DNA from: the human T2T-CHM13v2.0 reference genome, Homo sapiens
Strand: one strand, 5' to 3'
Assembly: GCF_009914755.1 (NCBI RefSeq)
Contig: NC_060936.1
DNA: 64,000 nt
Notes under the pieces: model-generated
What the model was told of the DNA's origin: nothing
Database searches by the model: none
What the model saw: only the letters and a program-made list of their open reading frames with translations
In this document: positions 13,447 through 25,520 of the stretch, in pieces
Numbering within the stretch: position 1 is the first letter of the stretch
Layout: each line of letters opens with the position of its first letter
Program-made: the position numbers and the translations under genes

Positions 13447-15052
13447 CTTCTGTAAATTAAAAAATATTTTAATTGATATATGTTTGTACATATTTATGAG
13501 GTACATGTGAGATTTTGATACAGGTATAGAATTTCTCAAAAGATGATATACAAATAGCCAACAAGTATATTAAAAAATGCTCAACATCACTAATTATCAG
13601 GGAAATGCAAATCAAAACCAGAATGAGATATCATCTTACCCTAATTAAAACAGCTATTATTAAAAAGATTTAAAAATAACAGATGCTAGTGAGAATGCAG
13701 AGAAAGGGAACTCTAATACATGCATAGAATGTATCAAAATATCACATGTACCTTATAAATATTATAATGGGTATGTAGGATATCCGTTACTAGAACATTT
13801 TTCTTTCTGTTGGTAACATTCCCAATGTTCTCTTGTAGCTATTTGAAAATATCCATTATATTGTTAATTAGACACATATTGTCACTCTACTGTGCTATTG
13901 AACACTAGAACTTACTCCTTCTATCTAAATGTATGTTTTTATCCACTAACCAACCTCTCTTCATCTCCCTAACCCCACAGACATCCTTTCCAGCCACTGA
14001 AAATTATTGTTCTACTCTCTGCCTTCATGAGATCAACTTTGTATAGCTCTCACATATGAGTGAGGACATGTGACATTTGTCTTTCTGCTCCTGGCTTATT
14101 TCACTTAACATGATGATCTCCAGTTCCATTCATGTTGCTGTGAAGGACCGGATATTCTTTTTCCTGACTAAATAGTATTCTATTCTATATACGTGCATAT
14201 TTTCTTTATCCATTCACCCATTGATAGACACAGGTTGATTTCATATCTTAGCTGTTGTGAATAATGCTGCAATAAACATGGGGGTGCAGGTATCTTTTTA
14301 AAATAGTAATTTCCTGTCTTTTAAATAAATACTCAGTAGTGGGATTTCTGAATCCTATGGTAGTTCTACTTTTACTTTTTTTGAGAAACCTACATACTGT
14401 TTTCCGTAATGGCTGTACTAATTTACATTCCCACCAGCAGTGCATAAGAGTTCCCTTTCTCTGCATTCTCACTAGTATCTTCTATTTTTAAACATCTTTT
14501 AAAATAATAGCCATTTTAATCAGAGTAAGATGATATCTCATGTGGTTTTGATTTGCATTTCCCTGATAATTAGTGATGTTGAGCATATTTTTATAAACCT
14601 GTTGGCTATTTGTATGTCATCTTTTGAGAAATTCAGGGCATTCGCCCACTTTTTAATGGGATTATTTGCTTGTTTTGCTGTTGAATTGTTTGAGTTCCTT
14701 GTATATTCTGGATATTTATTAATCACTAGTTGGATGAATAGTTCGTAAATAATTTTTCCCATTGAACAGGTCGTCTCTTCACTCTGTTAATTGCTTCCTT
14801 TGTGGTGCAGAATATTTTTAGTTTAATATAGTCCCACTTTCCTATATATATTTTTATTGCCTGCACTTTTGAGGTCTTAGCTATAAATTTTTTGCCTAGA
14901 CTGATGACCTGGAGCGTTTTCTATATGTTTTCTTTGTAGTATTTTTAGTCTTGGGTCTTATGTATAAATTTTTAGTCCATTTTGAGTTGATCTTTGTACA
15001 CAGTGAGAGACATAGGTCTAGTTTCATTCTTCTGCATATAGACATCCAGTTG
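13447..15052 (-). mobile_element. L1MA 3' portion (ORF2 end plus 3'UTR) with internal inverted duplications
   Basis: ORFs 14248-14472 and 14538-14762 match L1 ORF2; 3' end 'gtacatatttatgaggtacatgtgagattttgatac'; degenerate TSD agactgtatttct / agactatttct. Confidence 0.9.
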
Positions 15053-15122
15053 AGACTATTTCTGATAAGTTACAAGGTGTCATAATGAGGAAGCTGGTCC
15101 ACAGATTATACTTTGAGTAGCA
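15053..15122. mobile_element. MER5 right part
   Basis: 'atttctgataagttacaaggtg...gctggtccacagattatactttgagtagca'. Confidence 0.6.
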
Positions 15123-15799
15123 ACGTTCTAGGGGAAGCTAGAAGGCAGAAAAATAAACACATTCAAGGATTTTACCCTCAGATTTATATAGAGATACCTT
15201 TAAATTGCTGTTCAATATTAAATAACTAAAATTGATATTAACGTGCCAAATGAGTGGTTGGGGGGACCATTTTACAGAACTCTAATCAATATATACTCAG
15301 AGAAAGGGTCTCAATCCTACATTAAAATATTCATGTACAAAAATACAATTACATATTTTAATTTAAATGTTTATTATGTAAAAATCTCTTTGTTAATGTT
15401 TCCCCATTTTATAGACCATTTTGCCTGTTTGATTACTGGACAATTGTGTTGAATAGCAGGACATCAAGAGAATGACATAGAAATGACTTCTCATGGAGAG
15501 AACAAAATGTTATAGAGATTTGATAGATGAATTATTTTAATCAGAAATGCCCCTTTTGTGAAAGAGGTGACATGAATCTTGGAGGCCTTGGAAGATCAGT
15601 AAATTTTGATATGCAGTGACAGATGTAATTGGAAATTATGATGGGATTTTTTCCCTAGAGAATTAGGATTTATGAAAGAATGTAGTTGTGGTAAGTCTGG
15701 GAAGGTAAGATTGATTGGTTGTGGATTGTAGAGCTTTGGCAAATATAGTAAAAGCATGCATTAATGACAAAAATAATGGATTCGCTATTCCTACACCTT

Positions 15800-16316
15800 C
15801 CTATTCAAAACCATCCAATGGCTTTTCATGACACTTAGAATACAGTCTCCAATCTTGACAAGGCCTCTCATAATTTCCCTATCTGATCTTGGTGCAGGTT
15901 ACCTCATTGATAGCCACACCGATCTTTCTATTCCTGAATGTTTCAAACGTATTACCAATTCCAGGCTTTTGTATCTGCTGAAAACTCTGCCTGCTGGAGT
16001 CCTTTCTCTGATGTCTCTTGGCTTTGTCTCTCCTTGTTTAAACAATTTTGTTTTTGTTCAGATGCTGCCTGCCCATAGAAGTCTTCCAGAATAGCCTTAT
16101 TTAAAATAGCAACTATCTATCACAATCTATCCTTTTATTCTGCTTTTATTTTCTTACATAACACCTATTATAGCCTGGCATTATTTTTTATATTTGTGTG
16201 CTTGTTTTTGCCTGTAAAAAACACTTGCATGTAAGTTGAGTTCACTCAGGTATCCCCAGAGTGTAGAATAGTGAATGAGACATAATAGGAATCCAATAAA
16301 TATTAGATGAATAAAC
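15800..16316 (+). mobile_element. L2 (L2a-like) 3' end
   Basis: 'tcaaaaccatccaatggctt...cacttagaata' and terminus 'ccccagagtgtagaatagtg...caataaatattagatgaataaa'. Confidence 0.75.
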
Positions 16317-16667
16317 AAGTATCTCTATTATGCATTGAAACCTGTCCTATGTCAGAGCTGATTGAATATATTTAATATGATAAGATCTACAAAATAAGTA
16401 GTGTTCGTGATGTAAGGTTTCTTCCCAGAGTTAGAATGATTCTTGATGTACAATAGGGGTTCAATAAATATTAGATGAATGAAATGTCCTAATATTTTAT
16501 GCATTGAATTTTTTATTTCTTTGTCATAGCTAATTGTAATAAAGTGAAAATACTATATTTATGAACTGGCTAGTATTGACAATATAGACTTGTATCTTAT
16601 TAAATGGCATTTGGTTTAGGAAACAAGCTGTAAAGCCACCCCTCTTCCTTAAAGAATTACATGACAC

Positions 16668-17038
16668 AGTAACATCTTAATTTGGGATGCTATAACAAAG
16701 TTTCATAGACTGGGTGGCTTATAAATAATAGAAACTTATTTCTCTTAGTTTTAGAGGCTGGACATCTGATATCAGGGTGCCAGCATAGTCAGGTTCTGGT
16801 GAGGGCCTTCTTTCTGATTGCAGATGACTGACTTTTCATTGTATCCTCACATGGAGGAAAGAATGGAGAGAGCTCTCTGAGGATCTCTTTTATAAGGGCA
16901 CTAATCCCATTCATGAGGATTTCATTCTCATAACCTAATCACCTTTCAAAGGACCCACCCCCGAATACTGTCACTGGAAGGTTAGAATTTCAACGTAAGA
17001 ATTTTGGAGAGATACAGACAGACATTCAGTTCACTGCA
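16668..17038 (-). mobile_element. MLT1A/MLT1A0 solo LTR
   Basis: 'gctataacaaag...agactgggtggcttataaa...ttttataagggcactaatcccattcatgagg...acattcagttcactgca'. Confidence 0.85.
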
Positions 17039-17149
17039 AACAGATTATATTTGACATAATGACAAATAAAACAGGTACAAAAAATGTGGGCTCAAGATGT
17101 AAATACAGCCTCTCATTTTCCCTATGCAAAAATAATATATGCAACCAGT

Positions 17150-17825
17150 CAGGGATGGCTTCATGGGTTTATGATCTGAGCAATCACACAGAGTCCCATG
17201 TTCAGAAGGGCCACAACTTGGTTTAATACTTGGTTGTTACCTTCTTAAATTCTTAATAATTTTTTCTTTGAACTTATCTTTTGCAAATGAAAATTGCTGG
17301 GATAATGCAGCAGGTAATGTGAACAGAAGTGTAATGCACAATATTGCCACTGTCTCACCACTGTTCCTTGTCACCCCATTAGCATATAGCATTTGCAATA
17401 CTCCGTGAGCACAGAGTTTTGGTGAACTCACAATGTGTGGGAGTTCTGCAAGGCTCAGAGTGAATATAAGATAAATGTGTTATATCTGTGACCGAATAAG
17501 CAGGGCATGACAACCTTGAGAGGCCACACTTTGTAGAACCAGAACTTGCTTCAAATGCATACAGGAGGCAGTGGTATTATAAGATACATGAACTATCAAG
17601 AAATCCTACCACATCCTTTTATATTTGTGTTACTTCCCTGTATTAGCCAAGCACTTAATTGTATAACAAGTAGAAAACATTATGGCAAGTCAATAGATGG
17701 AGAAAGAATGGAAAAAAAAACTTTATATTTTAGTATTATTGATGCTTTTCCCACCTGCTTTTTAAATAACGGGCCCTACATTTTAAATTTGCAGTAGACC
17801 CTTGAAATTATGTAGTCAACCCTTG
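17150..17825 (+). mobile_element. MER45B-like hAT-Tip100 non-autonomous transposon
   Basis: Ends 'cagggatggcttcatggg' and 'gggccctacattttaaatttgcagtagacccttgaaattatgtagtcaaccctt'; hAT-type TSD (c/g)aaccagt on both sides. Confidence 0.85.
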
Positions 17826-19237
17826 AACCAGTTTACAAATGGAGAAGGTTGAGCATGTCTAAGCCTATGTGAAAGATAAAAAATGATTAATAGTATGCCT
17901 AGGTAACCTTAGCCAGAGCATGGGTAAACCCTGTTTACTTACATATTTGGACGCAGGAAGGTAGGCTGCACAACATATGTTTATGTATTCATAACACTTT
18001 AAGTTCCCTAAATGTTTCTACTTGAGAGAAAGAGAATCTATGGGATAAAATATTAGTTTTATTCTGTTCTGTAATCAATTCTCCCTCTTCCCACTTTTGG
18101 GAGTGCTAAAGTGAGGGATTATTTGAGATTTTGTTGTAATCTGTAGAAATTTTATAACAAATAACTAACATTATTGAAAATCTAATCTTTTATAAAAAAA
18201 ATAAGAGTGCTATTAATAGTAAAATCTAATATAAAGGAGAGAAACAATGATGTGAGTAGGTAGATTATTCAAAATAGCAGATGATCTTCTTTATTTCATT
18301 ACTTTTCAGTGTGACTATTGTTTTCTTTCAGGGTTCCCAGGTAAGGATATTTATAAAAGATTGCAGTTCTATTCAAAGCCTTCCTATAACAACTAATCAT
18401 ACAAAAATTTCCCAGAGTTTATTCAATTATGTCCTCCTTCAGTCATCACATCTCCATTGTTCAGTATTTAAGGTAATCATGATTTATTTGTTTTGACACC
18501 TCTTTATTCAGTTAGATGAAAATAAATGCTTTAGAACCTGGGTCAACCTTTAAATCCTATCAATTAAGGAAAGAATAGACAGCATTGCCATTTCCAAAAC
18601 ATTTTGAAACAGGAATAAAATATGCATGTTTTTTTCTTTTCAGATTTAATGGTTCCTTGAGGCAATTATCTATTTTTTTCTATCAAAATAAGGTAATTAT
18701 TAGTGGAGAGAATTATTTGCATGTAAGTTTCCCTTTCAAATTTGCCTTGCTTCATCTCACATCAGGTTGGCTCTCAGTACTTGTGCACCTATGAAATCTT
18801 CAAACACTCTATTATTTCAATGTACTACTTGTTCCTGGTGGTGACTACCCAAAAGCTTTGGCTTGTAGGTCCCCCCGATGGAAGAGTGCTTCTGTAGTTG
18901 TGGATTCCTTTTTATAATGATGTCAATGTATTTCTCTTTTCATTAAAACACACTTTTGTTTGTAGATACATGTAATATCAATACTTTGCTTTCTCTGAAG
19001 ATCGTGAGTTTCACTATTTAGTTTTCTTACAGTTAATGAACTAGGTCTTAACTTTTGTAAGATGTGGAGTCTACAAAGTCTTTGAAAAGCAGGATGGCCA
19101 AATTTTCTTGCCATTTGTTTCCTAAAATATATAAGAAGTAAAGCCTCCATATTTTGTTTATAAAACACTGCTTGTAATTTACTTGTATTTATTATAAAGA
19201 TCATTTACAAAAAATAATTTGTCCTCCGTCAGATAAA

Positions 19238-19370
19238 ATTGTGAGCTTTTGGCAGGGACAGGTAAAACAGTGTGAACAGAAATTATGTCTTGTTTATTTT
19301 GCATTCTCAGTACTCAGCATGTTATTTTATGTAATAGGCACTTAATGAATGTTTGTTGAATAAATGAAAT
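19238..19370 (+). mobile_element. L2 3' terminus
   Basis: 'taggcacttaatgaatgtttgttgaataaatgaa'. Confidence 0.6.
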
Positions 19371-19774
19371 GATAGAATTGTAACCTAGATTTCCCCCAAG
19401 GGGATCACATACACAGTCATAGCTCAAATGTCACTGGCTTGCTGTATTTACTTGCATACTGCAGGAATTCCAGCTTACTATTTTGGTTTGTGGATACATG
19501 CAGTGGTGATTTACATGGCCTTATAAACCGTGTTGCTGTTGCCCTGTCTATAAAACTATTTGAAATGAAAGCAATGCACTATTGGGATGCATGGATACCA
19601 TTCACAATACAGTCTTCTTGCTTAGAGTATGGACTTCCCAAGGCTGAAAAACCTTGAGCTGTGAAAACAATATGAGGTTCTCTTAGTCATTATTGTTCAT
19701 AGGCTAACGTTTTTCAGGTACAAATGGGGACCATGTTTTCTGTCCAAATCTATGATAGACATTGTCACAATTAC

Positions 19775-19970
19775 TTCATTTATTCAGTTAATAAATAGAT
19801 GTTAAATATGTTCTATATGCCAACTACTATTCAAGTTCCTGGAGATCAAACAACGAAGAAGATAGTAAAGGTAAAAAAAAAAAAAAAAAACAAAACAAGA
19901 TAGCAAAATTCCCTACTAAAATGACATTTACATTTATGTGAGAGGTGAAGTAATAAATACTTGACATAAT
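19775..19970 (-). mobile_element. L2 3' fragment
   Basis: 'ttcatttattcagttaataaatagatgttaaatatgttctatatgccaactactatt'. Confidence 0.5.
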
Positions 19971-20482
19971 TTTTGATAGTAATATAACACAGCCTGGGTC
20001 CCATATCTCAAAGCCTTATTTTTTTTTTCAATCTGAGTCACAAGTTTCTTTCATATTTTATGATTTCTGAAAGGAGGATTTCTGAATCAATTGATACATA
20101 AATTTAATGTAGTACATCCTATCGTTTTGTGTTGTTTTCTGTGAAAACTTGTTAATGGCATATGTGATGAAGAATGGTTTCTTGGTTTGAAGAAAATAAT
20201 ACTACAGTACCTTGAGAAAATACCACTTTTAAGTTCTGTGTACAATTTCTTACGGAATATTGAAAACCAGTTCATTGGATTGAGCCAAGAATAGATAGTA
20301 CACTATTCACCAACTGTCTTTCTACTAAAGTGCTATATTCAAACATTCTCTATATAGATCCTATCCCACCCCTTTTAATTAGCTCATGCTATATATGCAT
20401 GGTAGGTCTGTATGATCGCTTTGCTAGTTATACTCAGATGTGCCTCAGACTTAACCACAGTCTCTGTCTAGGCTCAAATTGT

Positions 20483-20554
20483 ACTATTTTATAGTTGGTA
20501 ATTATCATATCCATTGTAACTATTTTATAGTTGGTAATTATCATATCCATTGTA
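20483..20554. repeat. Perfect 36-bp tandem duplication
   Basis: actattttatagttggtaattatcatatccattgta x2. Confidence 0.95.
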
Positions 20555-20707
20555 TCTTTTTTCAGTATGATAACTGAAAGCTCAGAGGTTAAGTGTAAGA
20601 TGTTCAAAATCTGCTCCTGTTCAGAATTGTAGCATATGTATTCTCAATTTAGAATCCATTTATCTTTCCATAAGACTGTGCTACTGCTTACTTTAAATAC
20701 TTTAAAA

Positions 20708-20754
20708 ATTCTTTTACTTTGCCTCCAGATTCTTTTACTTTGCCTCCAGATTCT
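20708..20754. repeat. Perfect 21-bp tandem duplication
   Basis: attcttttactttgcctccag x2 plus partial attct. Confidence 0.95.
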
Positions 20755-21444
20755 CCGTTATTCTTTTTAAATAACAAATGTGAAGTCCTCAAAATAAAAT
20801 ATCCGAGACCTTAAAAGAAGCTTTGAAAGATATTATTGAGTGCCTCCTCTGTGGTGGGTCTACTGGATATCGTAAGGTGTATAAGAAGCCATCTAAGACC
20901 TGATAATCAGTCTTGTGAACAATTGAGTACAAGGGCATTGTAAATTACAATCTCCTCTAAACACTGCTTGCTCAAGAATATATTAGGGTTATACAAATAA
21001 TTTCTGTTGAATAATTGCTTAAAATGTTAGTCAATCATTTGTTATTCCTAGATTGGGTCTTGCTAAATACAATGGACAGTAAAAATTCTGAGTAATCTAT
21101 CAGTGTAGGTTTCATGTTTGATTAAAAAAGTCATTAAAATGCATTTGAGAGGACGTTATCCCATTCTTTCTCTAGAGTTCAGCTTCAGCCAAGCAGTGGT
21201 AAAGCTAATAACATTCTCCCTTTATGGAAAAGCCCAGAATCATTTTATTTTCTGTCTCCTAATAAGCTCCTTACATTAAGGTATCAACGGGGAATGATGG
21301 TGAAAAATTTTGCTCAAGTAAAAGATAATTTCCTTTTCTTAGACTGCTATGAAAAAAATATGGGACTTTGGATTTTGTTTTATTTTAAAGTTAGTGAATA
21401 TGAATGATACTATGTTGTTATAAAAGGTAGAAGGATGAATTATA

Positions 21445-23852
21445 CAGGTTTACCTGGGAGATACTGCAGATATGGTTTTAGATTACTGCATAAAGCAAGT
21501 ATCACAATAAAGCAAGTCACAAAATTTTACTTTCCTAGCGCATGTAAAAGTTATGTTTATACTATACTGTAGTCTATTAAGTGTGCAATAGCATTATGTT
21601 TAAAAAGTATATATCTTAATTTAAAAATAATTTATTGCTAAAAATGCTAACAATCATCTAAGCCTTCAGCAATTCATTATCTTTTTGCTCGTGCAGGGTT
21701 TTGCCACAATGTTGACGGCTGCTGACTGATCAGGATGGTGGTGGTTGAAGGTTGGGGTGGCTGTGGCAATTTCTTAAAATAAGACAACAGTGACGTTTGC
21801 CACATTAATTGACTCTTCCTTTGATGAAAGATTTCGCTATAGCATGTGATACTATTTGATATCATTTTATCCACAGTAAAACTTCTTTCAAAGTTAGAGT
21901 CAATTCTCTCAAACCCTGCCACTGCTTTATTGCCTAACTTTAATGTTCTAAATCTTTTGTTGTCATTTCAACAGTGTTTGCAAACATCTTCACTAGCAGT
22001 AGATTCCATCTCAAGAAACCACTTTCTTTGCTCCCCCATAAGTAACTCTTCAGACATTCAAGTTTTATCATGAATTTGTAGCAGCTCAGTCACATCTTTA
22101 GGCTCCACTTCTTATTCTAGTTATTTTGCTCTTTCCATCACTTCTGTAATTATTTTTTCTACCGAAGTCTTTAACCCTTCCAAGCCATCCATAGAGGCTG
22201 AAATCAACCTCTTCCAAGCTCCTGTTAATGTTGATATTTTGACCTCATTTCATGAATCACAAATGGTTTTAGTGGCATCTACAATAATGAATCATTTTCA
22301 GATGTTTTTCAATTTACTTTGCTAAGGTTCATCACAAGAATCCCCATCTATGGTAGCAATAGCCTTATAAATGTCAGCCTGTCCTTTGAAGCTTTGAAGC
22401 CAGGCATTGACTTCTCTCTAGCTATGAAAGTCCTAGGTGGATTCATCTTCCATTAGAACATTGAAAATCTGTCGTTTAGTGTAGCCACCTTCACAATTGT
22501 CTCAGCTAGGCCTTCTGGATACCTTGCTGAGGCATCTACATTAGCAGTTGCTGCTTTACCTTATACTTTTATGTTATGGAGATGGCTTCATACCTTAAAT
22601 CTCATGAACCAACCTCTGCCAGCTTCAAACTTTTCTTCGACAGCTTGCTCACCTCTCTTAGGCTTCAGAGAATTGGAGAGAATTTGGACTTTCCTCTGGA
22701 TTAGGCTTTGGCTAAAAGGAATGTTGTGGCTGTTTTGATCTTCTCTCCAGGCCACTAAAACTCTCTCAGTATCAGCATTAAGGCTATTTTGCTTTCATAT
22801 GATTTGTGTGTTCACTGGAGTAGCATTTTTAGTTTTCTTGAAGAACTTTTCCTTTGCATTTGCAAGTTGGCTAACTGGCACACAAGCGACCTAGCTTTCA
22901 CCTATCTTAGCCATACCTTCTTCACTAAGCCTTACTTTTTTCTAGATTTTGATGTAAAGTGAGATGCATGTGACTTCCTTTCACTTGAACACTAGAGGCT
23001 ATTGTAGGGCTATTAACTGGCCCAATTGTGATACTGTTTGTCCCAGGGAATAAGAAGGCCCAAGGAAAGAGAGAGAGATTGGGAAATGGCTGGTTGGTGA
23101 AGAAGTCAGAATATACACATTTATTCATTAACTTCACTGTCCTATACAGTTGAGACTCATTGTACTCCAAAGCATTTACAGTAGTAACATCAAAGATCTT
23201 TGACCATAGATCACCATGATATAATAATAGTTTAAAAATCTGAAATATGAGAATAAAATATGACACAGTGACATGAAGTGAGAACATGCTGTTAGAGATA
23301 TGGCACCAATAGACTTGCTCCAGGCAGGGTTGCCACAAACCTTCATTTTTTTTTTTTTTAAATAGCATCCCCATTACCACTTCAAACTGAAGGCCAAAGG
23401 AATTATATTAGCCTTGACCTACTACCCAAAGCTGCACCAACTGCAGGATTTTTAGGTTTTGAATTTATATCCTCAACCTTCAGTTTGTCCTTCCAATAGC
23501 AATTATAGGCATTTGTGATGCTGTCTACAGGCTGCTCAAGGGAATCTCTAGTGCATTATATCATGTTTAGCAGTGATATAAAAAAAAGTGCATGTTGATG
23601 GGCATTGAGCTGCAGAAATTCTAGATGCATCTGTATATACACACACACCATACACACCCACAAAACACATAGACACTCTACACATTGGTAGACAAAAACT
23701 TTGACCCCTTCAATGTAACAGATTACCTACCCATCTATTCTCTGATTCTACTTTTTTTTTAAGTAAAAGTAGTAACTTTCACATCTCCTAGTTAAACATT
23801 TTCTATCTGTGAAACACTATACAGTGAAGTGCAATAAAACAAGATATGTTTG
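21445..23852 (-). mobile_element. Tigger1 DNA transposon, both ends present, internally deleted, decayed transposase
   Basis: TA-flanked ends 'caggtttacctgggagatactgcag' and 'gtgcaataaaacaagatatgtttg'; ORF 21677-21922 ([12 protein letters not shown]...[14 protein letters not shown]) matches the Tigger1 transposase C-terminus. Confidence 0.93.
23371..23804 (+). repeat. Copy of host segment 25521-25995 inserted inside Tigger1
   Basis: Colinear match, e.g. 'caaactgaaggccaaaggaattat', 'catgtttagcagtgat', 'ttcaatgtaacagattacctacc'. Confidence 0.92.
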
Positions 23853-24173
23853 TACTGAGTATTGAAAGAGTTTTGGAGGAATGCTTCATTCTTACCCAAC
23901 TCCTTAGTCTTGATTTTAAAATAATTGGTTTTGTCCATTAATATCACTCAAGAATTGTATCACAAGGAATTACAAACACCATCAAGTAAGCATTGATACA
24001 GATCTTGGAAAAGGAGATCTACATTTGTAGGCCATTTTTGCTTAACTTGGAATTCTGCTTAACATTTTTCTCAAAGATATTAATAAGAGAGCTTGTGTTA
24101 AGGAAAGAGTAGACCAAATAAGTTTGGGAAGTTCTATAATGTAATTTCCTGACAATTCATATACCCATTAGCA

Positions 24174-24586
24174 TGTGTGTTAGAATTGCTATAAAAATAT
24201 ACCACAAGCTGGGTGGCTTAGAATAAAGAAATTTGTCTGACAGTTCTGGAGGTTGGAAGTCTCAAATGAAGATGTCAGCATAATCTTTCTGAAGTTACTA
24301 GGGAAGGATCTGTTCCAGGCCTCTTTTCTAGCTTCTGGTAATTCCTGGCTTAAGAGGAAATAACTCCAGTCTTCACATGGTGTTCTGTCTTTTTGTGTGT
24401 CTATGTCCATATGTCCCCTTCTTATAAGGACACTTGTCATATTGGACTGGGGCCCTTTGTACTCCACTGTGACCTTATCCTAACATCACTAATTATATCT
24501 GCAATGACCATATTTCCAAATAAGTTCATATTTTGAGGTCCTAGGGGTTATGACATAAATTTTGGACAGACACAAACTGATAGATA
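24174..24586 (-). mobile_element. MLT1B/C solo LTR
   Basis: 'accacaagctgggtggctta...cagttctggagg...cttataaggacac...tctgcaatgaccatatttccaaataag'. Confidence 0.85.
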
Positions 24587-24673
24587 ATTGCATATTAAAA
24601 TCTTTTTCAATACCAGTAAAAATATTTAATTTTGGTTTTATCTAGAAATTTTTTTCTTTGAGAATAGAATATT

Positions 24674-25022
24674 TGTTATGGTCCGATGTTTGTGTTCCCT
24701 GAAATCCATATGTGAAATCTTAGCCTCCAAAGTGATGGTATTATGAGGTGGGGCCTTTGGGAGGTGACTGGGATTAGCTCCCTTATAAAAGACATCCCAA
24801 AGTTCCCTTCTGCCATGTGAGGACACAGTGGGAAGATACTATCTGTGAACAAGAAAGTTGGTGCTCACCAGACACTGAATCTGGTGGTTTCTTCATCTTA
24901 GACCTCCTAGCTTCTAGAATTGTAAGCAATACTTTTCTGTTTTTGTAACCAAATCCATCTTTGTTGTTTAATACCCAGTTTATGTTATTTTGTTTTAGCA
25001 ACCTAAACAGACTAAGATGACA
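24674..25022 (+). mobile_element. MLT1A-type solo LTR
   Basis: 'tgttatggtccgatgtttgtgttccc...ggtggggcctttgggaggtga...ccatgtgaggacacag...ctcaccagacactgaatct...agactaagatg'. Confidence 0.85.
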
Positions 25023-25136
25023 CTTTATTACTACATTCCTGTTAATATAAATCAATATTTAAGAAGAGGCACAAGAGAAGGTATGAAAAAATGCTTAAAT
25101 TTAAGGTGGTGGTGGTGGGACTTGGGAAGGAAGTTG

Positions 25137-25500
25137 TGTTATCAACGGACTTTTACTGCGTAACAGATCACCCCAGACCCCAATGCCTTAAAACAGTAAA
25201 CATTTATTTCTCGTATCTGTGGCATTCAGCTAATCCATACTGAACTTCACTGCTTACTGTTTTCTCACTCATGTGACAATGGCTTGACTCTGCTCCATGT
25301 ATCTCATTCTGCTCCTGAAACTGGCATGTACGTGCAGCATGTTCTTATAGCAATGTGAAAGGTGCAAGAGAGTGCAAGAAATGCACCTGAGGCCTCTTGA
25401 AGCTTGGAACTGCGCAGCTGTGCTTTTACCTGCCCTATTAATCCAAGTAAATCACATAACAGAAGCAAAATAAGAGTAGGAGGGCATTCATCTTCACAAC
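25137..25500 (-). mobile_element. MLT1H/I-like LTR remnant
   Basis: 'actgcgtaacagatcacccc...cttaaaacag...ctgctccatgtatctcattct...gaggcctcttgaag'. Confidence 0.6.
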
Positions 25501-25520
25501 TGAAGGCACTTATCCACTGG

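Noticed and set aside
18923-19204. 93-aa minus-strand ORF with a possible acceptor near 19122
   Set aside because: No recognisable protein in any frame and no partner exons found.
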